Shown: positions 44,302-56,069 of the stretch, one piece after another
Layout of the letters: the number at the start of each line of letters is the position of its first letter
Position numbering within the stretch: the first letter of the stretch is position 1
NCBI RefSeq assembly: GCF_000315625.1
Contig: NW_005434670.1
Coordinates: 1,211,966 to 1,275,965, forward strand
Source of the DNA: Guillardia theta CCMP2712
Taxonomy: Eukaryota > Protista > Cryptophyta
Reading direction: 5' to 3'
Length of the DNA stretch: 64,000 nt
Notes under the pieces: generated by a model
What the model saw: only the letters and a program-made list of their open reading frames with translations
Database searches by the model: none
Told to the model about the DNA's origin: nothing
Position numbers and translations under genes: made by a program

Positions 44302-45668
44302 TTAATCATCACTGTCGTACTCGAACAAAGCAAAAAGGTCACCCCGTCCCAAGAGAGGAAACAAGCTCAACAACTTCAAAAGATACCGAGAGTGGATTTT
44401 CAATCGAGAAGGAAATCAAGGCACCCTAAAATATAGGATAGAAATCATCTGATTGATATAAATATAAAACTACTTCGAATCATTTGCTGACCATGTTCGC
44501 ACTTCTCACTCAACCGAAGATTGACAACTGTTCTGATGTCCCTCATACAACTTTAAATCCAATCTCCTTTCATACCTCTGACTCTTCGAGTGAGTTTGTC
44601 ACACTTGCTTAACCTAGTCATATGAACGTTTTGACACGTCAATGGCAACAGGATTCATGAACAAACGTGGTGTTCTCTATCATCCACGCATTCCACTCGA
44701 ATCACGGCGCTTCGCATTTTTGCTAGATGCAACGGAATATAACGTCTGGATAACGGAAATTTTAAAAGACAGTTATAAGAACCATGTCAGTACGAATTAT
44801 TTCAAAAGGCCCGGGGCGTCTAGCTACACGGCTGCCGAATCCCGCTACCAGAGCACCGTTCTTGTACCATCATTCTGTCACCAAAAGTGTTATAAATTTC
44901 TATACTTGACTAAACATTGAATAAATTTATTTTAAAAAATTATTAAAGATAAAATCTCAGTTGTATGATTCTTATGGTGGGGTGATTGAATGGGACGGTA
45001 GGGTAGTGTGGACATCGAAGGGTCCCCTCTTGTGTGAGAGTACCCCTCCATTTATGTCAACAATCGCCTGCTCATTGTTTTGGTGATGTTACCCTGGCGT
45101 CCATGGGGAAGGGTAAATCCCATCATTTGAGGGGGTAGGGGTGTTAATGAGGGGGTCAGAATTGAAGTCAAAAGCTCCACTCTGAATGGGTGGGGTACTG
45201 AGATCCTGAAATCAAAGACGGGTCGGGTACTGATTATGATTCAGGGTGGTGTGATGGGTGGCAAGGTACACTTCGTGGGGCGGGGGGTACAATTCTGGTT
45301 TTTGAAATTGCACCCCCTACTACCCTATTACCCCACCCCCCTCAACATCGAAGCTAACTACTACCCCTCCCCAACATTCAGCCATTGCATTCAGCTCATT
45401 GATGCCGCAGGGAACAGGAGGGCAATGTATGCAGCGAACATGAAGTTCTCTGGATAGCATCGTGATGCTCAGGCAGTGCACGCAAAATTTGTAAGAATGT
45501 TGCGGGAATGACGAGGCGGAACGAGAAGATAATGCTTCAACCCCTTGATTGGCTGCATTACGACTGAACGGAATTTCAACTTGTAAAAACGGGCCCTTTC
45601 GTTTTCTACTCCAAAGCTAAGAATTACAGCAATATCAGTCCGTGAAATAAAAGATTCCTGAGGAAGTC

Positions 45669-46724
45669 ATGGGAGCAGAAACATCAAAGCAAGGTTCGAA
45701 AATGGGCGTGGAAGCTCTAGGTTGTGTTGACTGCCTTTCAGCAAACCATGCGAAGGTAAGTCAAGAAGTCTTTTTTCCAAACCCTTACGCGTCTGCTTAT
45801 TTTGCTTGCTCAGAATCGAGTGCCATCAACGTCCAGCCTTCTCTCGCGGTCTCCGGCACATTCCGGATTTTATTCCATGAGCTCCGACGATCTTAGATTT
45901 TCGGAAGGACAAAGCGGCAAAGAGACAAGAAGTTCACACGATCTTTCTACATACCAATCAGAGTTTTCTGAGCCAGAAAACACAGATCAGGTCAATGCTT
46001 GATCACACCGTATGTTTGTTTGACGAGACTCACACGATTATTACAGCCTAGCAGATTGAAAGTCTATGATCACTCAGCCAGCAAAAAAACACATCAGGTG
46101 TTAGACAAAGCAGCTCTCAAGACTGAAAGTCTCTGTGTGCAACGATCAACACCTCATTTTGATTCTTTTTTCACTTGTTATGTGCATGCACTCAAAGAAA
46201 AAAAAACGTTGATCATTATCCTAAATTACGGGACAGGATTTGCGGGAACAGCGAACACTGGATTCTGACGCTACTGACACTCTGCTAAAGGTAAGAGGAG
46301 TTTTTGAGGAAGCCTTCTTGTAAATCAGATTTTGCTTCTCTCTTCTTAAACCTTGGTGTCGACCCTCTCTTACCTCTTTTCTCCACTACACAGGAAATGG
46401 GTTGGTCGATCATCATTGTGCATGATGCGAAGGGCATTGGGTCATATCCATTCCAAAGGTGAGCCCGATGCATGATAAAGTTTGTTGATAATCACAAGTC
46501 TCCGCAGGCTATATACTGCGCCAGATGGAAAATGCTTTCAAAGTGATTCGCACGAAACTCCTTTCCGATTGTCTCATTCAATTTACGTAGGCCGTGAGAG
46601 CGCACTGACTTATCTTGGGATTCCGTTTCAGGTTTTGATTCGTCTTTATGGATCAGAGACTGTAGATAGTAACCCAGCTTTGCTGCAGGGAAATAGGGAG
46701 TCGTTTATTCGTTGGGAAGTCTGA
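45669..46724 (+). CDS. Hypothetical multi-exon protein with N-myristoylation-like start
   Basis: MGAETSK..GCVDC followed by a GTAAGT donor; several short exons; the end is tentative. Confidence 0.4.
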
Positions 46725-47429
46725 TTTCTGTGGGGTTTACTTGAATCTAAAGTCTTCCAGTGGTACAAATGGGCATGTAACGTGTTGAACAATATACCAA
46801 GTCATTGGTGGACTGTCATTGGTGGACTGTTGAATTTAAACTATCTGTTGATAATCATCACTGTATACTTTTTGAATTTGAACTTGTAAATTCACGACGA
46901 TCGGCGGCGGCGTGATCATGCCCTGAGTCACAAGGCGCATTTCATTCGGGCCGGCACCGTGACTGGAGCCCGTCCGAGGCCGGGCCGGACTCTGACAGTG
47001 ACTCCGAGCCTGGCACTGGCCCGGCAGTCACGGACTGAGGCTGGCCGCGCCGCCAGGCTGCCGGGGCCCGGGCCATCCGCCGGCCCCGGCAAGGCTGAGT
47101 CACGGTGGCCCGGGGCGCCGTGCGGCCCATACTCGCTGAGTCGGCCCGCGAACCGTTCAGTGAACCGGCGGCCGGGAACCTCAGGTTGGCGAGCCGGGCC
47201 GGGGCCCCGCACGTAATGGCCCGCCCGCTCCGCATGTCCTGAGGTCCGAACTCGGAACTTAAATGCCCGGCCTCAGTGAATCAGTGATATGCCCCCTGCC
47301 AACCCGGACCGTCCGACGACTCGGCGACTCGATACTTTTAGTTAACTTTGAGTAAAAAATAGTAAGAAACTTGTGACCGACAAGTGTGAAAATGATTGCC
47401 CCCGCCCTCCGCACAACTGGCCCGGCGCC

Positions 47430-47606
47430 ATACCGAAATTGATTGCCCCCATCCCTCCGCATCCCGAAATTGATTGCCCCCATCTCTCCGCATACCGAAA
47501 TTGATTGCCCCCATCCCTCCGCATACCGAAATTGATTGCCCCCATCTCTCCGCATACCGAAATTGATTGCCCCCATCCCTCCGCATACCGAAATTGATTG
47601 CCCCGG
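47430..47606. repeat. 31-bp minisatellite ATACCGAAATTGATTGCCCCCATC(C/T)CTCCGC
   Basis: 5 full copies plus a partial copy, with degenerate flanking copies. Confidence 0.93.
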
Positions 47607-47987
47607 GCATCCTGGCCCCCATCCCTCCGCGTACAGCCTCGGCTAAGCGACTCCTCGAGTACCCCACCTATCAGTCTCGCTGACCACCCTACCCGGACCC
47701 ATGCAGGAGGCAACTAGGCTGTGACCAGGGGTACAGGTGGCCCCCTCTTCGATATTCAATGGTTCTCGGCGTATCTTTGGCGGGAGAACTTTACTGCAAG
47801 TGGGTAGGGTAGTGACACACAGGGGTATACATCAGGGGGTAGGGGTAAACACCAGTGTTCAAACGCAGAAGAAAATAAAACTGGCAAATGAGGATAAAGT
47901 ACCGGTGGTGTTAACGCCAGAGGGGTATTTAATTTGTTGAAGGAAACTGAAGGGGGTGGTAGGTCAGGGCATATACTGCACCGAGCG

Positions 47988-49127
47988 ATGGCGAACAGAG
48001 GAATTGAACGCAAAACTACACAAGAAGAATGCAAACAGATCATACAGAGCATCAACATATGTCATGCAGTGTGTGATCAAAATTTATCTGAGTTCACATT
48101 TTCATTCTTCCATTTCATCATTTTCCTTTGCAGCGAACAAATCCTTGCGTCTGTCTTTTTTGTTCAGGCCGAAATATCTTTTCGCCAATCCAAACCAAAG
48201 AATATTAGACAATATGGATCTGAATGGTGTAGCTTTTTCAGCAGAGGTTCTCTGTCTCACGAACCTCCAAGTATGGTCAGTTTTCATTTATACATATTCT
48301 GGATTTCAGATGCCCGAGTTAGATAATACCATCTTTATCCCTCTTGGACTTAATCTTGCTTGAAATAGTTGATTAATGTCTATTTTGTTCAGGAAATGCA
48401 TGTCTACATTAAATTTGAAGGAAGAAAGATACCTATTGAGTTCGCAAGTGGCTCCTTGCAAAGTCTAAGAACAAAGGTACAAAACATCCTTGAAATCAAT
48501 CCTGCAATGAGTGATAGCGTTGTGTTACTGCTCAGGTCCATGAAACAACTGGAATTCCTGCAGAGAAGCAACGATTGATTCACAAGAAGAAGCTGATGAG
48601 AAGCACAAACGATCTCGACATCGTTTGCGAGAATGAGGTAACAGAAAATCTTCTGTGCACTTTCGCCAATCTTTTCCCTTCAAAGATTTTGCTGTTGATT
48701 GGCACAAAGCTGCATAGTGATGAATATCCGATCACAAACGAGTGGAACGAAAAGGGAGAAGGTCAAGTGTTGGTGAAGAGCATCTGCCAAGTTGGGTTCA
48801 ATCCGGGGAATCTGGCTGTTTTGACCATCACCGTGGACGTGTGCAAGTCAGAGACGACTGGAATCCTTCTCTCCAAAGTCATCGCAAAAGCGAGAAGAGA
48901 TTGGCGACTGGTGACAACCTTTGCTGTGCTTTGCAGCAGCGTTACTTTGTTTGCAGACCGAATTTCCCTCCTCCCATCAATTGCTCATCGGAGGGGTCGA
49001 TGTTGAGTTGGGACGTACCTTGGAGGAGCACAAGATCAAGCCTGGCAGCTCTCTGTTTCTGGTTAACCGACCGTTACCTCCTCCATCCTCCCACGGTCGC
49101 ACCCACGGAAATACTAGCCATCGCTAA
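47988..49127 (+). CDS. Protein with ubiquitin-like domain(s), multi-exon
   Basis: MHVYIKFEGRKIPIEF..LQSLRTKVQNIL and C-terminal HQLLIGGVDVELGRTLEEHKIKPGSSLFLV; no terminal GG. The start is tentative. Confidence 0.55.
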
Positions 49128-49417
49128 TGGCCTTGAAAACTTCACTCGAACACCAACATGTAGCATATGTATAATACATTGGAGAGGAAAAGAGACGAGA
49201 AAGACATACAGGCTCAAGACAGTGATCAATAGGAAGTCATGTTGCATCGCCGTGAACAGACGCAGCTCGGAGAGTTTCGGAAACATTCCTTGCAGAGAGA
49301 AAGCTGTTCCCAGCTCCTCTGCGAGATTGTTAGAGAGGCAACAGCATCCTCAACAATTCAGGGCTTAGGAGAGTAGAGTAGAGGAGAGGAGAGCGAAAAC
49401 CTTCGCAAGGGTCGGGT

Positions 49418-50400
49418 TCACAAGACCTCCAACCATGGATTCCGGGCAGAGCCAGCATGGGCTCGAGCTGCTGTCATCGACAACTCGTCAGGGACGGCGG
49501 AGGCATGGAAGCGAGAAGCATACGCATCCTCCGACCCTTCTGAGATGGGACAGTAAAAATCACAAAACCCTCCGGCACAGTAACTGTTGGACTTGCAGGG
49601 CTTGGCATCATTCTGTCCACCTATGCAGGTGGAGACATGCTTGGAGAAGTTGGCATAACTGGCAAGGAGTGAGGAGGAGGAGGAGGAGGAGGAGGAGGAG
49701 GAGGAGGAGGGGGAGGAGGGGGAGGGGGAGGAGGGGGAGGAGGAGGAGATGACCTGTACTGATATCTTCCCCGCGAACATTGAAGTAATCTCCAGTCTAC
49801 GTTCATCTCGCATGCTCCTCCCCCGCATAGAGCCGAAATAGCCTGCCATCGCTATCAGTAAGAGTGCTTAGCGATCTTTTTCTTCACCTCCTCGACGTAA
49901 CATCGGGTACCAGACATGTTGGTTTCCCTCCCGCACACCAACTTACTCATCTGCGAGCAAGCCGAAATCTCGACAGGGGCAGAGCAGCTGCAAGAGATCG
50001 CCTGTGCTCAGTGAGCAAGAGCAAGAGTGCACGAGCACCAGACTTGTATGCAAGGCCGGCAGATACATCTCCTGCTGTAAAAGAGACGACTGTGATCGGA
50101 GAAATAACGAGCGGCAGCAGCCTTCTGCTCTTCATCATCCTGCTTTGCTCGAGCAAGCCACAGACGAATCTCGTCGATGCTGATCGTCTGACCGCTGCTT
50201 CCTCTACATGCAATGGCCTCAAACGAGCTGCCGCATGCTCCGCCTGCTGTTGCCACCTGCTCTTTGTGTCACCGATGCCCGTGGGAGCTTTGCAGCTTCC
50301 TTGCTATAGGTGGGACAGGGCCAGCAGAGGAAAGGCCCCCAAGGCGAGAAGAAGAAGACAGGACCGGAGGGAAAGGTGAAGACTGCTCAATGGGATCATT
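49418..50400 (-). CDS. Hypothetical, probably secreted protein with a small Cys-rich module, multi-exon
   Basis: Signal-like MIPLSSLHLSLRSCLLLLALGAF; last exon TCIGGQNDAKPCKSNSYCAGGFCDFYCP..NPWLEVL*. Confidence 0.4.
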
Positions 50401-53400
50401 GCCAAGCAAACCAACGATTCCTCCCTCCTTCCTTCTCTCCCTTCCTCCGCTTCCTCCGCTTCTTCCCTCCTCCTCCCCTTACAGGCTGATAAAAATGCTC
50501 CGAACATGGAGATGCACATGAGGCGTCGACCTCCCACCTAGACAAGCCATGAGCAGCGCCTTCGCTTGCTGCCCTCCTACCATCCCCTGCGGCCTCCGCG
50601 TCAGCCGGAGCAGACGAAACTTATTCAGAGGTAACTCGATGACGTTGCAAACAAGCGTAGCGGCTGAGGAAATCGTGAGAGGAGGTACTAGGAAGATTAG
50701 GAGAGATAAATAGAGAAAATGCAAGACAGAGAGGAGGTGGATTCGAAGATGTCATCGCTTGAAACTAGAAAACAAAGAGATAGGTGCAAAATGACCGGCG
50801 AGATAGAGATTTGAACAGGAATTAGAAATCCTCTAACCTGAAAATAGAGGGCAAAGAGGCAACGCAACATACAAGAGATACTGCCGAAAGACCTTTCGAA
50901 TAAGTCAGCAATAAGAAACAGCAAATTTGATTATTTTTGAATTGGACTCTCTCAGTTATTGCGTTAGGGTTAAGTTAACTCCCATTCCCTTTTCCTGTCT
51001 TTCCATCTCCTGTTCTGCTGTCTTGTTTCACTAACTCCCCTTCCTCTTCATCGCAGCTGGTTTGCTGAGTCTCTTCTATCTCAATTCTCACTCACCAACT
51101 TGAAATATTCTTCCGTCAGTTCAAAGGGCTCGCGGGTGTCCTGGTCATGTCATGTGAGTCCACACCTTGACCCTGCATCAACCTGTTGGTCTTCGCAGCA
51201 AGGACGACAATTAATGATATTGAGCCACCACTGACACAACGTGTCACTGACTTTGATAAAAACGAGGTTTTGATCTCACCTGATACACGAAGGGTGATAT
51301 CATTTGGAGCAGAAGGGTGACAACAAGGTCCATTCCCACGAAAAGAATCTGAACAATCATATCAGTTCCATTCCCTTCCTTCTGTCCTCACCGTCTGCAG
51401 AGCTATCCTGGTAATCATGCAGGTGTACCAAGGGACCTGGTGCTCAGTTGACATCCTCCTACAGATCTCGTCCTTCTCATCTAGTCTCCCCCATCTCTAT
51501 CTCATGCACTCAATATTCCAACCTCAGCATAGTAGGTGAAGAAGAGCAGAGCCATCGTGTTGCAGATCCTGTCCGTCTTGCGATGAGCAACGTGCAAAGC
51601 AGGGGGATGAAGCCAAGGAAGGAAGAGAAGAGCTTCAGGAATGCGCGCAGGTAAAATTCTGACCTGTACACCACGAGCTTCGCCAGGCGATGGTTGCGGT
51701 AGCCCGTCCACGTCTCGTGCAGCTCCAAGTCTGTCAGAAGCCCTGCAACGAGTCCGAAAATAAAGTTTGCAATGCTGGACGTGCTGATGGCAAGAAGCGC
51801 GACCTGCGAGAGGGAAAACGGCGAGGAGAAGAAATCAGCAGACGGCACAGATACCATAGAGAAGAGGATGAAGAAGAAAGAAGATGAAGGCAAGAAAACA
51901 AGACTGGAGGCAAGATGGAAACTGAAGCTTACAAGCAATCGAGACGTCCCAGAGAAGTTAGTGGGAAAATTTGTTGCAACTTTGTAATTTTCCTGAAAGT
52001 TTTCAAAGCAGTCAACAACAAAGAGGAGAACGAATCTTCATTATCAAAATAACGCTGATTATCATGCCAATGTCGGATTCAAGAGGTAGAGGTAGAGGTA
52101 GAGGTAGAGGTAGAGGTAAGGGAGGAGAGAGGGAGATACGTTGCAGTGACACGTCAATCATAATGAAGTTGATGGTCGAAGCACACATACTTGTATCATC
52201 ATTCGATTGAGGCCGAATAAGATAAAATACATGACGATGATGGGAACGCTGAGGCAGAGGAGAAAGAGGAAATAGGACAGTATCATGTATTTTGACTTGG
52301 TCAGCCTGTCGGGATTGTCTTCTATCGGAATCTTCAGGTTGCCATCAGTGGGTAAACAACGCGAGAAGAAAACGACAAGAGAAAATTTAGCAATCAACCA
52401 TTACCTTCCTGTCGATGTCATCTAGTCTGATCTTTCTTTCAAGCTAAGACGTGCAACATCACAGAGTATGTGGCCGATGCAAAGGGAAGGGAAGTGAAAG
52501 GAAAGGAAGGGAACGCAAAGGGAACGCAAAGGGAACGCAAAGGGAAGGGAAGGGAAGGGAAGGGAAGGGAAGGGAAGGGAAGGGATGGGAAGGGATATGA
52601 GTAGCTTACATACTGCTCTTGAGATGCATCTTTGAAATAGAAAAGGTCGATCAAATAATAAGCCGGTCCCAACATTGCAGACAGCGAGTAACAAAGACTG
52701 AGCATGGCTATCCAGTAGCTATCAGACGAGGGCTGGAAGGAGGAGAGGAGGAAGGCACTCAGTAGCTGAGAGCTGCTCACGTCTTGACGCCATCCAAGGC
52801 CCTGATGACCTCCTGGGATCAGAGAGATTGCAACGAACAGTACAAGAGCAGACCTCATCGCGTAATTTAGGAAATGTATTCAGGGCGTGAGGAAGCCATC
52901 CTGCAATGATTTGACATCAAGAGAGCTCGAACAGTCACAGCATTTCACCAACGAGGGAGCAGAGAAGCAGTGCTATGTTTGCAACGGTAAGAAAGTTGAG
53001 AAAGTTGTAATATTGTCGGATACTGATGCCGAACTCGTCTTCAAGCTCCTGACCTTTCCATTTTAAGCTCTGCAAGAAGAATTCCATGTACTAACGACCT
53101 TTCTCGAACAGAACATCGACAAGTTCTGTCGGTTGTTCTCTACCAAGTCCTGTTGGATCACAAACTCTCCCGTTTTGCTATGGAGCGCCATCAGTATGCT
53201 GGGATGGAAGTACATCTCATGACCTGTTTCTGCAGATTTCCATGCCTGTGAGCTCAGGCGCGTCCGTTCCTGCCAGGTCCGATCGCACAGCCTGAACGAG
53301 AGGATCTGCTGCATGCCCAACTTTGCTCATCCCCTTCATCACTGTCTCGGCCAAGATTTCAGCTGGGGCGGCTATTCCTTGGATCGTCTTGCGAACCCGA

Positions 53401-53651
53401 GACGCGAGGGTTTCATGATCCGTTTGCGTCTCATCATGAGACTCCGCCTGTTCATGGACTTGCTGGTCCACATGCAGCTCGCCTGCATCGTCGCCTGTTT
53501 GCGTCTTCATGGCAATCCCTTCTCGCAAGCGTTGGGCGCTTGCGCGACTGTCGGAGAGTTCGATGGCTATCTCTGCATACGTTGACATGCCGTTCATTGG
53601 TTTCTGTCGTGACTCTTGCTCGGGGTCAAAGTATGATGGCCCGTCCGCCAT
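50400..53651 (-). CDS. TMC/anoctamin-superfamily (TMC-like) membrane channel, multi-exon
   Basis: ELEDEFGISIRQYYNFLNFLTVANIALLL, LTDLELHETWTGYRNHRLAKLVVYR, REPFELTEEYFKL, NVIELPLNKFRLLRLTRRP and many TM segments. Ends are approximate. Confidence 0.65.
52482..52595. repeat. (GGGAA)n / (GGGAACGCAAA)n intronic purine repeat
   Basis: Seen directly. Confidence 0.9.
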
Positions 53652-53787
53652 CAGAGGCGCCGGCGGCTCTCAGACCGTGCTTGGCACCCCTCCTTCGCTG
53701 CGGAGGCAGAGTTAGATTCGATTAGCAGATTCGCAGGCTGAGGGCGACCAAAGGGTGAGGAGAGTAAGAGCACAGGTGACGCATGGA

Positions 53788-53885
53788 GAGCGACATGGGG
53801 AGCGACATGGGGAGCGACATGGGGAGCGACATGGGGAGCGACATGGGGAGCGACATGGGGAGCGACATGGGGAGCGACATGGGGA
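53788..53885. repeat. 12-bp tandem repeat GAGCGACATGGG x8
   Basis: Eight perfect copies. Confidence 0.95.
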
Positions 53886-54286
53886 ACAAGCGACAGTCCT
53901 GCACGGTCTTCTCGGGAGGAGTCTAAAAAGCCTTGACTAATTTTTTCCGCTGAAGCCCAGTAACTAAACATGAGTGGAACTAAACCCTCTCAATTTATTT
54001 CCGCCCCAGACGTGTCGCGGAATGCGCGCGCCAAGGAAGGGAGGTGGAGGGAGAAAGGAAAGGAAGCAGGCAGGGGGATGGGAAGGAAGCAGGCAGAGGG
54101 ATGGGCAGCTACACGTGAGCTCATACACCACACTTGCGGTGCTATCTGTGTCGTCATGGCCTAGAATTTCCGGATCCAAGGTGCCACTACTGAGATGTGA
54201 AAAGAGGGCGTCGCTTGGCGTATTGCTATCGGTCTAGCTTTCATTCGATATTGCAATGATCTTATTTTTCTAGATTGCTGTTGCTA

Positions 54287-55840
54287 TGCAGGTTATGATT
54301 ACTTTCTTTTCAAGGATAAGGTTGGACTCCAGTGAAATCCTTTTCTGCTAAGCAACAAGCGGATATGAAGGTGAGAGGTGCTGGGCTCGTTTTGCTTTAT
54401 AATTTTGAGTGCACAGGACGTGCAGATCTTTCTTGCATCATTTGTGCTGTCTTCCTTTCTTATAGACTGTCAATGCGCTAAGAAATACAATGACTATCTG
54501 CATGGGCTCGGCATTCAGATGCTCTCAGATTTCTCGCCGACGCTTGATCGTTCTTCAAAAGAACTTGAAACCATCATCCATGAGCGCGATCTTGCCATGG
54601 CAGCTCGTGCGGCGAAAGTGGAAGAGAAGATGAAGACGATGGTGTGCTGGAAAGACTTGGCTCGGCCTCGAGCATGACTTCCTTGTGGTTTAGGTCACCA
54701 AGCCTTGGGCAACTATGCATCCCCTGCGTCTTGAAAGAGAAGAGAAAAGGGACGAGGCGCTTGTACGTCAGGCTAAGCGACAAGTCGAAGTACTTTCCTC
54801 GTGCTGCCTCCGACCTGAGCTCATCAGTCCCTGCAGGAAGATCAACGGATGCTAAAGGAGGCGCAATCAGTATCCAATCACGATGAAAAGATGCTGGTAG
54901 TTTTTTCGCTTCAGTCTGCGGTAGGCTGATAAATGCTGCAGAAAGTTGCTGTGGCAAGAAAGTCACTGCAGATGGACGATGGTTCGATGAGGAGACAGAA
55001 GGTATCGGTTGTCTCTTTTGCCCTGCTGCAAAAGCTGACAGTGAAGGAAGGCCATGAAGAACCTGAATGTGAAAGCTCGTGTGGAAGCAAAACGCGACGG
55101 GGCCTTGCTGCATGATTGGCACATCGACAAAGACGGGCACATCGTACAGACTCAAGTCAAACCAGCAAGTGCTAAGGTGAGGTGAGATGAGTTAGCGACT
55201 CGCATATTGATGCGTGAAACAGAAGGCTTTGGCTACGCAACGGGAACACTCTCGAGCCAGATCAAACATCGCAGAGAAAGCCATCGATGATCGAGGTCAC
55301 ATGTCAGCAAGATTCGAAGCTGTGCATCGGAAAGCAGTTGCGCTCAGAAACCTTGGAAAGGTGATTATATGCTCTCACGGGAAAGGAGGAGGCAGGGCGA
55401 AGACGAGAAGGAATATGGCAAGGAGCGATGGGAGGTTAAGGTGGATGAAATTATCTTTTCTGATCTCCTTCATTTGCAGAAGCACAATGAGATCTTCGTC
55501 GATCAGGCGGATCGGAAGGCTCATCACACGGTTGAAGTGCTGCCTTATCTCTTGCCTCCAATTGGAATCGCTGTCCTCGTTGTTCTTGGCACAAGCACTT
55601 ATATGGTCAAAAAATGGCAGAAAATCCCTAACGGTGAGCCGATATGCTTGCTTTCCCTCCTTCTTCTCACATGATCTATGATACCCGTGATTGCGTTCGT
55701 TGATCGTATCTTGACAATATTCCTAGGAGTTTCAATAGTGAGACGGCAGAATGTGGAAGACTTGAAAGCAGGATTCAGCAAATTTTCGGGAAAGAAGGAA
55801 GAAGTCCAGTGGAAGGAGCTTGAGCACTCTGCATTGTGAT
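54287..55840 (+). CDS. Hypothetical multi-exon single-pass membrane protein
   Basis: Coding-like exons (CQCAKKYNDYLHGLGIQML.., HHTVEVLPYLLPPIGIAVLVVLGTSTYMVKKW) separated by GT-AG introns; ends are tentative. Confidence 0.4.
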
Positions 55841-56069
55841 TGTCATACATCAGGCATGTATCAACGATGATGCCAATCGCCCACCAAGAATCACTGTTTC
55901 CAAAGTCTGAATCTGAATCTGACACGCTCTCATATGGTCACGAGACTCTGAGATCCTCTCAATATGAGGAAGCTATCTTGGACCCTTTAAAATATTCTTT
56001 CGGAAGAGTAAATTGAGTAACTTGGACCGTCGACATTCCCCAATGCTGTAGGAGGTGAAGATGAGAAAG

